Shown: positions 43,042-53,110, numbered from the stretch's first letter. The stretch is DNA of 64,000 nt from an uncultured bacterium (GCA_964418185.1 CAYQKL010000004.1:25039-89038); one strand, 5' to 3'. The notes: generated by a model not told the origin, from the sequence alone. Translations and numbers: made by a program.

Positions 43042-43363
43042 AAATCTTTAAAATTCTTACGAAGTAAACCCAGACCGCCAATTCCAAACTGTTGTTTCTG
43101 AAGATAGTAGCGAGTAGAGAGTAGCAATTAGCGAGAAAGAGTCGGATAAATCCAACCACAAGAAATAGCGGGGACAGGAATTTTGATATATTTGAGGTGG
43201 ATTGGTATATTGTTGTTGGAAATAGATGCCAGTATGGTTATTGGGCATAGTCAACCGGTAAAATATTTACCAACAATCAAAAACTTTAGACCATACTGGC
43301 TGCCACACCCTATAACCACAAACCATATCCCGTTGATCTTATCGGCAATTGAAAAAAATTAGC

Positions 43364-43385
43364 GTAGTGGTCAATCTTGCTTGAC
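43364..43385 (+). repeat. GTAG-type REP-like element
   Basis: GTAGTGGTCAATCTTGCTTGAC; 21/22 identical to the reverse complement of 61572-61593. Confidence 0.7.
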
Positions 43386-43472
43386 TTTTTTATGCCGAGC
43401 ATCAGAATAGCTTGACTTTTTCTATTATTGGATTACACTTATTAATAGAGCGGCCCCAGAAGGAGGTTTTTT

Positions 43473-45689
43473 GTGAAAGTGCTTTTAGTTGACGACGATG
43501 TGAAAAAGGTGGAGGCGCTCAAAACAATTTTACAGGGTGTTGGTTATAAAATATATACCACATCAAATTGTGCTGATGCCTTCAAATTAGTCTGGGAAGA
43601 TGGTTTTGAATTAATAATCACAAGTATACTTCATCCAGTCTATGATGGTTTACGATTCTGTCATCGATTGAAGAGCGATGATAAAACAAAGAATATTCCT
43701 GTAATAATCTCTGTTCCTGGTGCATTTGATAAAGCCGATTTTGAATACCTGTCAAATCTTGGAGCCGATGAGATCATAGGAAGTGATGAATCAAAATCCG
43801 AAGTTGTTACAAAGATTATAAATTTAATGGATAATATACGCACGGGATTAATAAGAGTGAGGTCTCCAAGTTTCAGTATTGATACAGGAATTCTGCAGAA
43901 TTACAGCCGACACTTTTTGGAGAAGATTGCAGGCATAACTGCCAGATACCAGACACTATTTGATAGTGCAGCAGATGGGATTATGATTTTAAGAGATTAC
44001 AGATTTGTAGAATTCAATGAAAAGGCTTTGGAGATGTTTGGCTGTGATGCGAATGATATCATCGGTAAGTTTCCCTATGATTTTTCACCAGAATTCCAAC
44101 CCGATGGTAGAAAATCAAAAGAAAAGGCAATTGCGATGATGGATGAGGCAATCAGTGGTAAGCCGAAATTATTCGAATGGCGACATAAGAAACTTGATGG
44201 AAATCTATTTGATGCTGAGGTAAGTTTACGCAGGTTTGATTTGATTGATGGAGTCTATCTTCTTGCTCTGGTCAGGGATATAACTGAAAGAAAGAGATTT
44301 GATGAACAGTTGAGGCAGAGTGAGGAACTGTTCCGCACAGTATTTGATTCAGTACAGGACTGTATTTTTATCAAAGACCGTTCATTGAAGTATATGAAAG
44401 TAAATCAGTGTACTGCAAGACTGTTTGGCATTACCTGCGAAGAGATGGTAGGTAAGACAGACTATGATTTTTTTGCCCCGGCTACCGCTGAGGAGATTAT
44501 GAATGAGGACAAACGGGTTTTGAATGGTGAATTTGTGGAGAGTTTTCCAGTCAAAAAGATAGCCGGCGGAAGTGTAATAAAGTTTCATACTATCAAGGTT
44601 CCTTTGCGGGATTCTGAAGGCGATATCTGGGGTATTTGTGGTATTGCCCGGGATATCACTGAGTATGACAGGGCACAGGAAATTGTAAGGAAGAACGAGG
44701 CACGTTTCAAACTTATTAGTGAGAACATTGCCGAAGTGATCTTCATCCTTGATCTGAATTTGAAATCCAGATTTATCAGTCCCTCAGTCCATAAGATGCT
44801 CGGCTATCAGATTTCCGAATTATTATCAAAAGAACTTAGAACCATATTGACCGCGGAATCAAATCAGGAAGTATTAAAAGTCTTCCAGGAGGAACTTCTC
44901 ATTGAGCAAAATTTAGATAAGGATATGAACCGGTATCGGACATTGAGTCTTGAAGTTGTTCGTAAGGATGGTTCAAAATTGTGGACCGAAACCACACTTA
45001 GATTTATCCGGGATGAAGCAGGCAATCCAATCGAAATCGTTGGTGTGATGCGCGATATCTCAGAGGTAAGAAAGGCACACCATGAACTTATGGCAAGCTA
45101 TGAACGTCTGGATAAACTGCTCGGCGGCACGGTCCTTGCCCTTGCCTCAGCGGTTGAAAAGCGTGACCCGTATACGGCTGGGCATCAACGAAGGGTTGCT
45201 AAACTTGCCTGTGCCATTGCTCGAGAAATGGGTTTATCTGATGAGGTGATAAGCTATCTAAATATTGCTGGATTGCTTCACGATATTGGCAAGATATATG
45301 TGCCGGCTGAGATTCTTGCCAAACCTTCGAAATTGACACCGGCTGAATTTGAGATCGTAAAGACCCATTGTCAGGTGGGATTTGAAATTTTAATGCCCAT
45401 TGAATTCCCCTGGCCTATTCCTGATATTGTGCTACAACACCACGAAAAAAATGATGGTTCTGGTTATCCCTATGGTCTTACAAAGGACAAGATATTGAAT
45501 GAAGCAAAGATTCTTTGTGTTGCAGATATTGTTGAAGCGATGATGTCTCATCGTCCTTATCGTGAAGCCCTGGGACTTGATCAGGCACTGGGTGATGTCA
45601 AGAAGGGGAGAGGAATTCTTTTTGAACCAGATATTGTAGATATTTGTGTGATGCTATTCAGAGAAAAGGGATTCAGGTTTGCTGGATAG
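43473..45689 (+). CDS. Receiver + 3xPAS + HD-GYP phosphodiesterase
   Basis: VLLVDDD receiver (the phospho-acceptor Asp position appears to be ITS); three PAS/PAC domains; EKRDPYTAGHQ, LHDIGKI, QHHEKNDGSGYP. Confidence 0.9.
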   Translation: MKVLLVDDDVKKVEALKTILQGVGYKIYTTSNCADAFKLVWEDGFELIITSILHPVYDGLRFCHRLKSDDKTKNIPVIISVPGAFDKADFEYLSNLGADEIIGSDESKSEVVTKIINLMDNIRTGLIRVRSPSFSIDTGILQNYSRHFLEKIAGITARYQTLFDSAADGIMILRDYRFVEFNEKALEMFGCDANDIIGKFPYDFSPEFQPDGRKSKEKAIAMMDEAISGKPKLFEWRHKKLDGNLFDAEVSLRRFDLIDGVYLLALVRDITERKRFDEQLRQSEELFRTVFDSVQDCIFIKDRSLKYMKVNQCTARLFGITCEEMVGKTDYDFFAPATAEEIMNEDKRVLNGEFVESFPVKKIAGGSVIKFHTIKVPLRDSEGDIWGICGIARDITEYDRAQEIVRKNEARFKLISENIAEVIFILDLNLKSRFISPSVHKMLGYQISELLSKELRTILTAESNQEVLKVFQEELLIEQNLDKDMNRYRTLSLEVVRKDGSKLWTETTLRFIRDEAGNPIEIVGVMRDISEVRKAHHELMASYERLDKLLGGTVLALASAVEKRDPYTAGHQRRVAKLACAIAREMGLSDEVISYLNIAGLLHDIGKIYVPAEILAKPSKLTPAEFEIVKTHCQVGFEILMPIEFPWPIPDIVLQHHEKNDGSGYPYGLTKDKILNEAKILCVADIVEAMMSHRPYREALGLDQALGDVKKGRGILFEPDIVDICVMLFREKGFRFAG

Positions 45690-45737
45690 CGTTTATAGAA
45701 AATTTGACCTACTGTTCTAAAGAATTTACAGAAAACC

Positions 45738-46853
45738 TCAGCGTCTTTTCAAAAGTCTAAAGATTTTATTAGATGTATCGAGGAGGGTGCTGATAGATTC
45801 ATTGCGATTGAGACGGTCAATGAAATAAGCAATGAATTCAGCAACATCAACTTCTCTAAACCAGTCAGTATTCTCCAGTTTCGGATTTCTATAAGTGAGA
45901 TTTGTCGCATATACCCTTTTTATAAGATGCTGCTTGTAAGCCTCATTAAATCTTCTTATTCCATCATCAGTAAGCAAGGCAAAGGTGACAATGACATAGA
46001 TATTTTTTGCACCTGATTTCTTCAATTCGTTGGCGGACATAAGCATTGACTGTCCGGAAGCAAGCATATCATCGACAATGAGTATATCTCTTCCTTCAAC
46101 ACTTGCTCCGAGAAATTCGTGTTTGATGATGGGATTTTTTCCATTCACAACTTTTGTGGTATCGCGTCTCTTGTAGAATAAGCCGAGTTCAACACCAAGG
46201 CTATTGGCATAATATAAACATCGGTCAACTGCACCTTCGTCCGGGCTGACCACCATCAACCTATTCTTTTTCACAACGATATCACTTTCATTTTCAAGAA
46301 GGGCACGGACTATCTGGTAACTTGCATGGAGATTTTCAAAACCCATAAGAGGAATGGCATTCTGCACATGAGAATTGTGGGCATCAAAGGTTATCAAATT
46401 CTTAACACCCAAATTCTGCAATTCCTGCAATGCCAGTGCACAATCAAGCGATTCTCTCATTGTCCTTTTATGCTGTCGGCTCTGGTAAAGTAAAGGCATT
46501 ATAACATTGACTCTGCTTGCCCTGCCGCCGATTGCGGCAACGACCCTTTTTATATCCTGGAAATGGTCATCTGGACTCATTGGACTTTCTATACCCTGAA
46601 TTGCAAATCTGCAACCATAATTGCCGATATCAGCAAGAATGTAGACATCACAGCCGCGTATTGATTCATAAAGAACTGCCTTTGCTTCGCCATTGGCAAA
46701 TCTTGGACATTCACAGGGTTTAACAAACGTTTTGTTTTTGTTTCTATCAGGGCGTCGCTTTACAAGTTCCTGATCAACAAGTCGGGCAAGTTCCTTACCA
46801 CCGGGTGGAGCAATCAGGGCTATTGGAATTGACGGTTTGTTATTGGTATTCAT
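45738..46853 (-). CDS. prs: Ribose-phosphate pyrophosphokinase (long divergent type)
   Basis: RFANGEAK, ESIRGCDVY, MPLLYQSRQ, DAH, VVSPDEG, IVDDMLASGQS. Confidence 0.9.
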   Translation of the reverse strand: MNTNNKPSIPIALIAPPGGKELARLVDQELVKRRPDRNKNKTFVKPCECPRFANGEAKAVLYESIRGCDVYILADIGNYGCRFAIQGIESPMSPDDHFQDIKRVVAAIGGRASRVNVIMPLLYQSRQHKRTMRESLDCALALQELQNLGVKNLITFDAHNSHVQNAIPLMGFENLHASYQIVRALLENESDIVVKKNRLMVVSPDEGAVDRCLYYANSLGVELGLFYKRRDTTKVVNGKNPIIKHEFLGASVEGRDILIVDDMLASGQSMLMSANELKKSGAKNIYVIVTFALLTDDGIRRFNEAYKQHLIKRVYATNLTYRNPKLENTDWFREVDVAEFIAYFIDRLNRNESISTLLDTSNKIFRLLKRR

Positions 46854-48169
46854 TTCTTGAATACCGGACTTGTGATAAAGAAGATCAAGAAGAATATTGC
46901 AAGGATATACATTATTATAGAAACCTCTCTACCTTTACCACTGAATAATTTTATTAGCACATAGGAAAGAAAACCGAGTGATATACCATTTGAAATACTG
47001 TAGGTAAAGGGCATACTGGCAATCGTCATAAAGGCTGGAACTGCCTCAGAATAATCAGAAAAGTCAATTTGTATAACAGATTCCATCATCATAATGCCGA
47101 CGATAATCAATGCTGGGGCAATGGCAACTGCAGGTATAAATCCAACGAGCGGTGCAGCAAAGATTGCAATTAAAAAAAGGATACCAGTCGTTACAGCCGT
47201 AAGGCCGGTTCTTCCACCTTCTTCAATACCTGCGGCACTTTCAATATATGATGTGACTGTGGATGTTCCTAAAATGGCACCCAATACTGGACCGAGTGAA
47301 TCAGCAAAAAGGACACGACCAATCCTTGGTATCTTTCCCTTTTCATCTATAAATTTTGCCTTGACTGCAAGACCAATCACTGTGCCCGCAGTATCAAAGA
47401 AGTCAACGAATAACAGGGTAAAGATCAATGTGATGAATGACCATTGCAGGGCACCGGCAATATCCAATTTGAAAAATGTTGGTGCTAATGAAGGTCTTAA
47501 TAGTTGTAGTATTTCTCCTCTAATTCTAAAAAATGGAATAAAACTCAAGATTGTCCCCAGAAGAATACCGATGAGTATTGCTCCTTTCACCTTTCTTACG
47601 AGAAGGATTGTCGTAATCAACAGGACAATACTGACCAAGATTATTCTCGGGAATACATCTGGATGGGCAAGAGGTGAGATTTTTACAAAGGTTACCGGAT
47701 CCCTGGAGATTAATCCTGCCTGTTCAAATCCGATAAAGGCGAGAAAAAGTCCGATACCAACACTCACTGCGCATTTGAGTGTGAAGGGAATAGAATCGAT
47801 GATAATCTCCCTTAGTTTTGTTAGGGTGATTATCACGATTATCACACCTTCAATAAAGAAGAATCCAAGGCCTGTACGCCAGTCTACACCCATTCCTGCG
47901 CATATTGAATAGGCAAAGAAGGCGTTCAAACCCATACCCGGTGCCAGGGCAATGGGATAATTTGAAAGCAGCCCCATTGCAAAAGTTATGAGCCCGGCAA
48001 CCAGACAGGTGGCTAAGGTTACAGCACCTTTGTCCATTCCTGCAGCCTGCAAGATGAGTGGATTTGCGGCAATTATGTATGCCATTGTCATAAAGGTCGT
48101 AATGCCGGCGAGAACTTCAGTCTTAACACTGGTATTATTTTCTTTAAGCCTGAAGATATTTTCAAGCAT
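46850..48169 (-). CDS. NCS2/AzgA family purine permease
   Basis: TEVLAGITTFMTMAYII, APGMGLNAFF, GIGLFLAFIG, FFDTAGT, GTSTVTSYIESAAGIEEGGRTGLTA. Confidence 0.95.
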   Translation of the reverse strand: MLENIFRLKENNTSVKTEVLAGITTFMTMAYIIAANPLILQAAGMDKGAVTLATCLVAGLITFAMGLLSNYPIALAPGMGLNAFFAYSICAGMGVDWRTGLGFFFIEGVIIVIITLTKLREIIIDSIPFTLKCAVSVGIGLFLAFIGFEQAGLISRDPVTFVKISPLAHPDVFPRIILVSIVLLITTILLVRKVKGAILIGILLGTILSFIPFFRIRGEILQLLRPSLAPTFFKLDIAGALQWSFITLIFTLLFVDFFDTAGTVIGLAVKAKFIDEKGKIPRIGRVLFADSLGPVLGAILGTSTVTSYIESAAGIEEGGRTGLTAVTTGILFLIAIFAAPLVGFIPAVAIAPALIIVGIMMMESVIQIDFSDYSEAVPAFMTIASMPFTYSISNGISLGFLSYVLIKLFSGKGREVSIIMYILAIFFLIFFITSPVFKK

Positions 48170-48216
48170 AAAACCTCCTTATTAAGGTTTTCGTGCGGCT
48201 ATTCTTTTCTGCTTTA

Positions 48217-50898
48217 CTACCTCACTACCACAATCTTTACTACATCAGTGCCCGAACCAAAGGTATTAAGAAAACAATAGTATATTCCACTTCCGACATA
48301 AATGCCCTGTTCATCCTTACCATCCCAGATAAATGCTGCATTCGGTGAAAGGGGATCTGTATCAGTATACCTTCCGGGAACAAGTGGTTTGTTTGATTCA
48401 ATTTTTTTGATGAGTCTGCCCGTGATTGAATAGATTCTCAATTCGAGATTGTATGGTTTCGTGTCAAGCATAAAGGGCAAATACATATAGTCTTGGGATG
48501 AAACAGTAAAAGGATTGGGAAATGGGTTTAGGAATTTGCAGCCCTTCTCAGGTTGGATTTCGGGCTGGGTGTAGTAAAATGCATTGACTACATCAGGCCA
48601 GCCATAACCCATACTATCACTGGGTGAGTTGGCAAAACTTGCAGTTTTAAAAAGAGCATTTCTAATTGAATCAACATTCCATCTCGGATGTCCCTCGAGT
48701 AATAACGCACAGATTCCTGCCATTAATGCAGTTGCACCGGAAGTGCCAAATGAATATAAATAAGTATTTTTTTCATCAGGATTTACCACCACTGGCGCAG
48801 CAGCAAGACAGACGATCTCTGGTTTTAATCTGCCATCATAGGTTGGTCCTCTTCCTGAATACTGCCAGCGTTGAAATGTAGTATCAATGCCACCAACAGT
48901 TATTGCATCTATTGCGTCACCCGGAATGACAATTTGTGGAATTGCGACATTTCCTGCTGCGGTAACTACAATAACACCCCTTTTTGTTGCTTCGTAGGCG
49001 GCAATTGAGGCCGGTGAGGTTTTGCCGTCATAGTCATAAGGCCAATTATACCAATTAGTGTAACCAAGGGAACTTGAAACAATGTCAGCACCCCTTGATT
49101 CTGCCCATTCTAATCCAGCGACATAAGTATCTTCTTCAACCGGGAATTCATACAGTGAATCAGGATTTTCTGTTTTGGCAACAATGAACTGGGCACCAGG
49201 TGCCACACCAACATAATTGTTCGTTGCATAACCACCGACCAGTCCCAGCATCTCTGTGCCGTGTCGGGGGTGAGAATAATTCGGATCTGTGGAATAGTAG
49301 CCATCGGTATTTTCATCGCCACGCTGGCAATAAAAGGTCTTTGCCTCTGTGGATATTGTATCAAGGGTAGGCAGGTATACAAATTCCTTGTTCAGTGAAT
49401 CAAGAGGTCCAAAACCTGCACCATTATCAAAAGAGACACGCCGGTATATTTTGCCATTGCTTTCCCAGTTTACCGTAATTGTATTTTCCTGACGGCATAG
49501 AGATATTTTACCAGCCGAGGTCAAATTTTCTGATAGATAAATCGGTGGATTAAAACTGTTGCCGAAATCATCTGAACGGAAGAAGGCAAGGCGGAAAAAT
49601 GGTAGATTGGATGCGTCCTTAAAAACTGCGAATATTGTATCACCCGAACAAACGACTGCGGGATCCTTACCGACAAATCCGGTGAACTTCAGATCGAATG
49701 TATCCACCGGGATTGCCGCTCTGGCAAAGAATAATGAATCATCTGGAAATTGATAGTAAAATAATCCCATCTTCGAATGCCCGGAGAAAACAGCGGAGAG
49801 CTTGACATTTCTTGTGCTTGATGCTACCCATAACTGGGTAGGGAACCCATTGATATTACCTTTGCGCAAAAAGATGTTGTTTCTATCGCGATAAAAGAAA
49901 TAGACTGTATCATCATACTGTACTGCCTTTGGATTTTCAAAGCTGCCACCAATGACTGTGATGGGTCCGGCAATGACCGTGGTATCCAGGACGAGATAAT
50001 TTAATCCAGTGCGATTACGGAAAAACAAGAAGGTTGTGTCCCTGCCACAGAAATCAATTTCGGTTACCCAGTTATTATTTGAATTATTGGTCAATTTCCT
50101 TAAATCGCTCCAGGTGTTTCCGTTATCCGGTGAATATGTCCATAAAAGATCCCTTGCCGGCATATAGACATAGGTTGTATCACCAACGAGGAATAATTCA
50201 TCTCTATCAGTTCTACGGTGATGCAATATCTCAGTATAGATTCCATAACGTGGTGTCACCGGAATGTTATCCATATAAATCTGATCGCCACTTAAAAAGT
50301 CATACTCGGCAATGACCTTCACACTGTCGAGGGCAATGTGGGTTCTTCTTAATCCAGTATCAAGAAATCCTAATTTTATTTTTGAACCGAATATTCCAAT
50401 CTTGTGTAGTGAATCAATCTTGAACATCTGCAATTGGCGGACTGTATAGATGTCTGTTGTATCCTGAAGGGCAGCTTCACTTTCTTTTATTAGATTTTGA
50501 AATTTGATTACGGGGATAATTTTATAGACAAAATCCAGACGAGCAATGTTCTGCAGGTCAATGCGGTTTATAAGAAAACTTGCTCCATTCAGCCACTTTG
50601 AACGATAAAGAAGAATACCTCCATACCTTTGAATTTCTTCAATGTAGTCTTCTTTTAGTGGAATGTCGGCATAATCAATGACACCGTTCCTCATTTTTCT
50701 TCTTGCTATCACATCCGGGTTCATATTGTTTTCCGTCTGAACAAGGAATTCGTTGAATTTTTCAAAAGTTACGCCCTTGTCCGTGAAAATAACCCACACG
50801 CGTGCAACATCTTCGGTAAAACACCTGGGATCTATTCTGTTGACCGCCGGCGCACGATAGTTGACCAGACTGCCGAAGATTATCAAAATTTGTAGCAT
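48217..50898 (-). CDS. Secreted S8 subtilase with inserted BNR/Asp-box propeller and FlgD/T9SS-like C-terminal domain
   Basis: DTG (about 50360), HGT (about 49262), GTS (about 48740), AAGN; Asp-boxes SPDNGNTW, SDDFGNSF, SFDNGAGF; FPNPF...WDGKDEQG...SGIYY...KIVVVR. Confidence 0.9.
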   Translation of the reverse strand: MLQILIIFGSLVNYRAPAVNRIDPRCFTEDVARVWVIFTDKGVTFEKFNEFLVQTENNMNPDVIARRKMRNGVIDYADIPLKEDYIEEIQRYGGILLYRSKWLNGASFLINRIDLQNIARLDFVYKIIPVIKFQNLIKESEAALQDTTDIYTVRQLQMFKIDSLHKIGIFGSKIKLGFLDTGLRRTHIALDSVKVIAEYDFLSGDQIYMDNIPVTPRYGIYTEILHHRRTDRDELFLVGDTTYVYMPARDLLWTYSPDNGNTWSDLRKLTNNSNNNWVTEIDFCGRDTTFLFFRNRTGLNYLVLDTTVIAGPITVIGGSFENPKAVQYDDTVYFFYRDRNNIFLRKGNINGFPTQLWVASSTRNVKLSAVFSGHSKMGLFYYQFPDDSLFFARAAIPVDTFDLKFTGFVGKDPAVVCSGDTIFAVFKDASNLPFFRLAFFRSDDFGNSFNPPIYLSENLTSAGKISLCRQENTITVNWESNGKIYRRVSFDNGAGFGPLDSLNKEFVYLPTLDTISTEAKTFYCQRGDENTDGYYSTDPNYSHPRHGTEMLGLVGGYATNNYVGVAPGAQFIVAKTENPDSLYEFPVEEDTYVAGLEWAESRGADIVSSSLGYTNWYNWPYDYDGKTSPASIAAYEATKRGVIVVTAAGNVAIPQIVIPGDAIDAITVGGIDTTFQRWQYSGRGPTYDGRLKPEIVCLAAAPVVVNPDEKNTYLYSFGTSGATALMAGICALLLEGHPRWNVDSIRNALFKTASFANSPSDSMGYGWPDVVNAFYYTQPEIQPEKGCKFLNPFPNPFTVSSQDYMYLPFMLDTKPYNLELRIYSITGRLIKKIESNKPLVPGRYTDTDPLSPNAAFIWDGKDEQGIYVGSGIYYCFLNTFGSGTDVVKIVVVR

Positions 50899-50939
50899 TT
50901 TTCCTCCTCTATAAATTGGGGATATTTGAGAAAATTATT

Positions 50940-51614
50940 TCAGAATATCTCATAATTTATTTCTTTCCTCCGAGATTTTCTAAAAGGCAGGGCAAAGAGT
51001 ACACCGGCAATAAATCCACCGATATGGGCAAAATAGGCGACTCCGCCACCTTTTACACCCATAGTGACAAAGCCCAGCAGAAATTGATATAAAAACCATA
51101 TACCGATGAAAAAAAGAGAAGGCAGATATGCAACCCGCATAAAAAAACCTAAGGGAATCAGAGAAAGTATACGGGCACGGGGAAAGAACACCACATATGC
51201 ACCCAGTACGCCAGAGATTGCACCGCTTGCACCAACCATCGGAATTCTTGAGTTAGGTGTGGTAATGCTATGGAGAAATACTGCCGCAACACCAGCAATA
51301 AGATAAAATACTATGAATTTGATATGCCCTAACTGGTCTTCAACATTGTCAGCGAAGACCCATAAAAATAGCATATTGCCGAGGATATGCATCAAATTTG
51401 CATGGATAAACATACTGGTAAATATTGTCATATAAGGATATATGCCCACAGGATTAAATAGATCATAGGGTATAGTTCCAAATTGATAGATGAAGTTTTC
51501 TTTGAATTCTCCGAGAGAAAATTCATACATATAGACGATAATGTTTATCCCAAGAATAAAATAGGTGATAATGGGTCTTGTATACGACCTGATTTCATCT
51601 TTCAATGGTATCAT
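50940..51614 (-). CDS. Rhomboid family intramembrane serine protease
   Basis: TSMFIHANLMHILGNMLFLW.F..NVED.LG, VGASGAISGV, AYFAHIGGF. Confidence 0.95.
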   Translation of the reverse strand: MIPLKDEIRSYTRPIITYFILGINIIVYMYEFSLGEFKENFIYQFGTIPYDLFNPVGIYPYMTIFTSMFIHANLMHILGNMLFLWVFADNVEDQLGHIKFIVFYLIAGVAAVFLHSITTPNSRIPMVGASGAISGVLGAYVVFFPRARILSLIPLGFFMRVAYLPSLFFIGIWFLYQFLLGFVTMGVKGGGVAYFAHIGGFIAGVLFALPFRKSRRKEINYEIF

Positions 51615-52083
51615 AGATTCTTCCTATTTCACATATTGCCAGGGCAGCAATAGCTTTACCTTCGCCAATCTCACCGATACCTTCATTGGTCTTTCCTTTT
51701 ATTGAGATATGGTCTATGCTTATTGATAGTGAATGAGAAATTTGTCTTTTCATTTCGGGAACATAGGGCAGGATTTTTGGTCTTTCTGCAATAACTACTG
51801 CATCAATATTTTTTGTAAAAAAGCCTGAGTTCTTCAGGAATTCTGCTACCTTCTTCAGGAGTTTAAGACTTGATATGTCTTTGTACTTTTTATCCTCAGG
51901 CGGAAAATGGCTGCCAATATCACCCAAGTTTGCTGCTCCCAGAAGCGCATCACATATTGCGTGAATTAAGACATCGCCATCAGAGTGTCCCAGCAATCCC
52001 TGGGGAAAATCTATTTTTATACCCCCAAGATACAGGGGACGATTTTCTACGAGTCTGTGAATATCATAGCCGATACCAACCAT
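51595..52083 (-). CDS. ispF: 2-C-methyl-D-erythritol 2,4-cyclodiphosphate synthase
   Basis: GIGYDIH, GHSDGDVLIHAICDALLGA...GDIG.HFP, KGKTNEG. Confidence 0.97.
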   Translation of the reverse strand: MVGIGYDIHRLVENRPLYLGGIKIDFPQGLLGHSDGDVLIHAICDALLGAANLGDIGSHFPPEDKKYKDISSLKLLKKVAEFLKNSGFFTKNIDAVVIAERPKILPYVPEMKRQISHSLSISIDHISIKGKTNEGIGEIGEGKAIAALAICEIGRIYDTIER

Positions 52084-52089
52084 ATAGTA

Positions 52090-52171
52090 ATTTTATCCGT
52101 TAACAATGAAAAGTCAACACCTGTTACAATGTTACTTTTTTGCTTGACAGTTTGAGAATTTTGTGTAGAAT
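52090..52171. promoter_or_regulatory. Divergent leaderless promoters for ispF (-) and holA (+)
   Basis: Minus strand: TTGACT-16-TAAAAT-6-ATG. Plus strand: TTGACA-16-TAGAAT-6-ATG. Confidence 0.7.
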
Positions 52172-52177
52172 AATAGT

Positions 52178-53110
52178 ATGATTGAGCAAGAACTGAAAGA
52201 ACAACTGAAGAAAGGAATAATTCACAACCACTACTTTTTGGTAAGTGATGAACCTTTGCTCATTAATAACACAATTAACGATATTAAAAAGGCGATCAAT
52301 GTGGATGAATCATTTGATTTTGAAAGTTGTTCAATTCTGGAATGTGAATATGCTGATATTATTAACAAGATTTTGACTGCACCTTTTGTATCATCAAAAA
52401 GGATAATTGTCCTTAAGAATATTGAAAAGGAGAATTATAGTAATCTGAAGGAATTTGCTCTAATGCTTCGCCATATCCCGTCATCAAGTTGTCTGGTGAT
52501 GGTTTATCAGACAGATAAGAAAAGCACAAAGAATCGGTATGGCGATAATTACAAAAAAACTCTTGAACTATTTCCCGGCGCGCAGCGTATAACCCTCTTG
52601 CCTGATGAGGCTACAATTGGCAAATGGATTACAAAGAAGATGGATTCACTCGGTTTAAAAGGATCTTCGGAAGTTGTTGATTATTTAAAAGAAGAGTTTT
52701 CCAATGATATTACCGGGATGAAGAACGAGATTCAAAAGATTGAGAACTATCTTTTTCAAGCGAAGCAACTGGGTTTGAGTGAGGTAAAAGAGATCTCACG
52801 GGGGTTAAGTGATTATGATGCTTATCATCTGGCAAATGATTTTTTCCAGCATCGCATCAGGACAATTGAAGAATTTATTGAACTGAAACCTTATATTAGA
52901 AGCCCGATGATTATCATTGATGCGCTTGGTCGTATGTTGCGCAGTTATGCCTTGAAGTCCGATGAGAAATCATTTAGATATCTTGCTGGAGAGTTGTTGC
53001 GAATTGATAATCGCTTGAAATCAGGTTCGGATTTTGCGGAAACCCTGCTGGAGATTTTTTTCATTAAAAATTTGGGTATTTTTGATAAAGGAGCAATTTA
53101 TGGAAAATAA
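52178..53110 (+). CDS. holA: DNA polymerase III delta subunit
   Basis: YFLVSDEPLL, TAPFVSSKRIIVLKN, NDITGMKNEIQKI, C-terminal LLRIDNRLKSG. Divergent sequence. Confidence 0.75.
   Translation: MIEQELKEQLKKGIIHNHYFLVSDEPLLINNTINDIKKAINVDESFDFESCSILECEYADIINKILTAPFVSSKRIIVLKNIEKENYSNLKEFALMLRHIPSSSCLVMVYQTDKKSTKNRYGDNYKKTLELFPGAQRITLLPDEATIGKWITKKMDSLGLKGSSEVVDYLKEEFSNDITGMKNEIQKIENYLFQAKQLGLSEVKEISRGLSDYDAYHLANDFFQHRIRTIEEFIELKPYIRSPMIIIDALGRMLRSYALKSDEKSFRYLAGELLRIDNRLKSGSDFAETLLEIFFIKNLGIFDKGAIYGK

Noticed and set aside
43057-43254. 65-aa minus-strand ORF in the intergenic gap
   Set aside because: Runs through low-complexity repeats; no SD and no domain.
43228-43300. c-di-GMP-I riboswitch next to the HD-GYP gene (GGTCTAAAG on minus strand)
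   Set aside because: The GGCAAAC/GNRA/GACGCAAAG elements are missing, it is on the wrong strand, and it lies upstream of the predicted promoter.
47094-47912. 272-aa plus-strand ORF
   Set aside because: Antisense shadow of the NCS2 permease. The other nested or antisense ORFs in the track (e.g. 53228-53845, 2826-3308) are rejected for the same reason.
48170-48216. Purine riboswitch upstream of the NCS2 permease
   Set aside because: The gap is only 47 bp and has no three-stem purine aptamer pattern.
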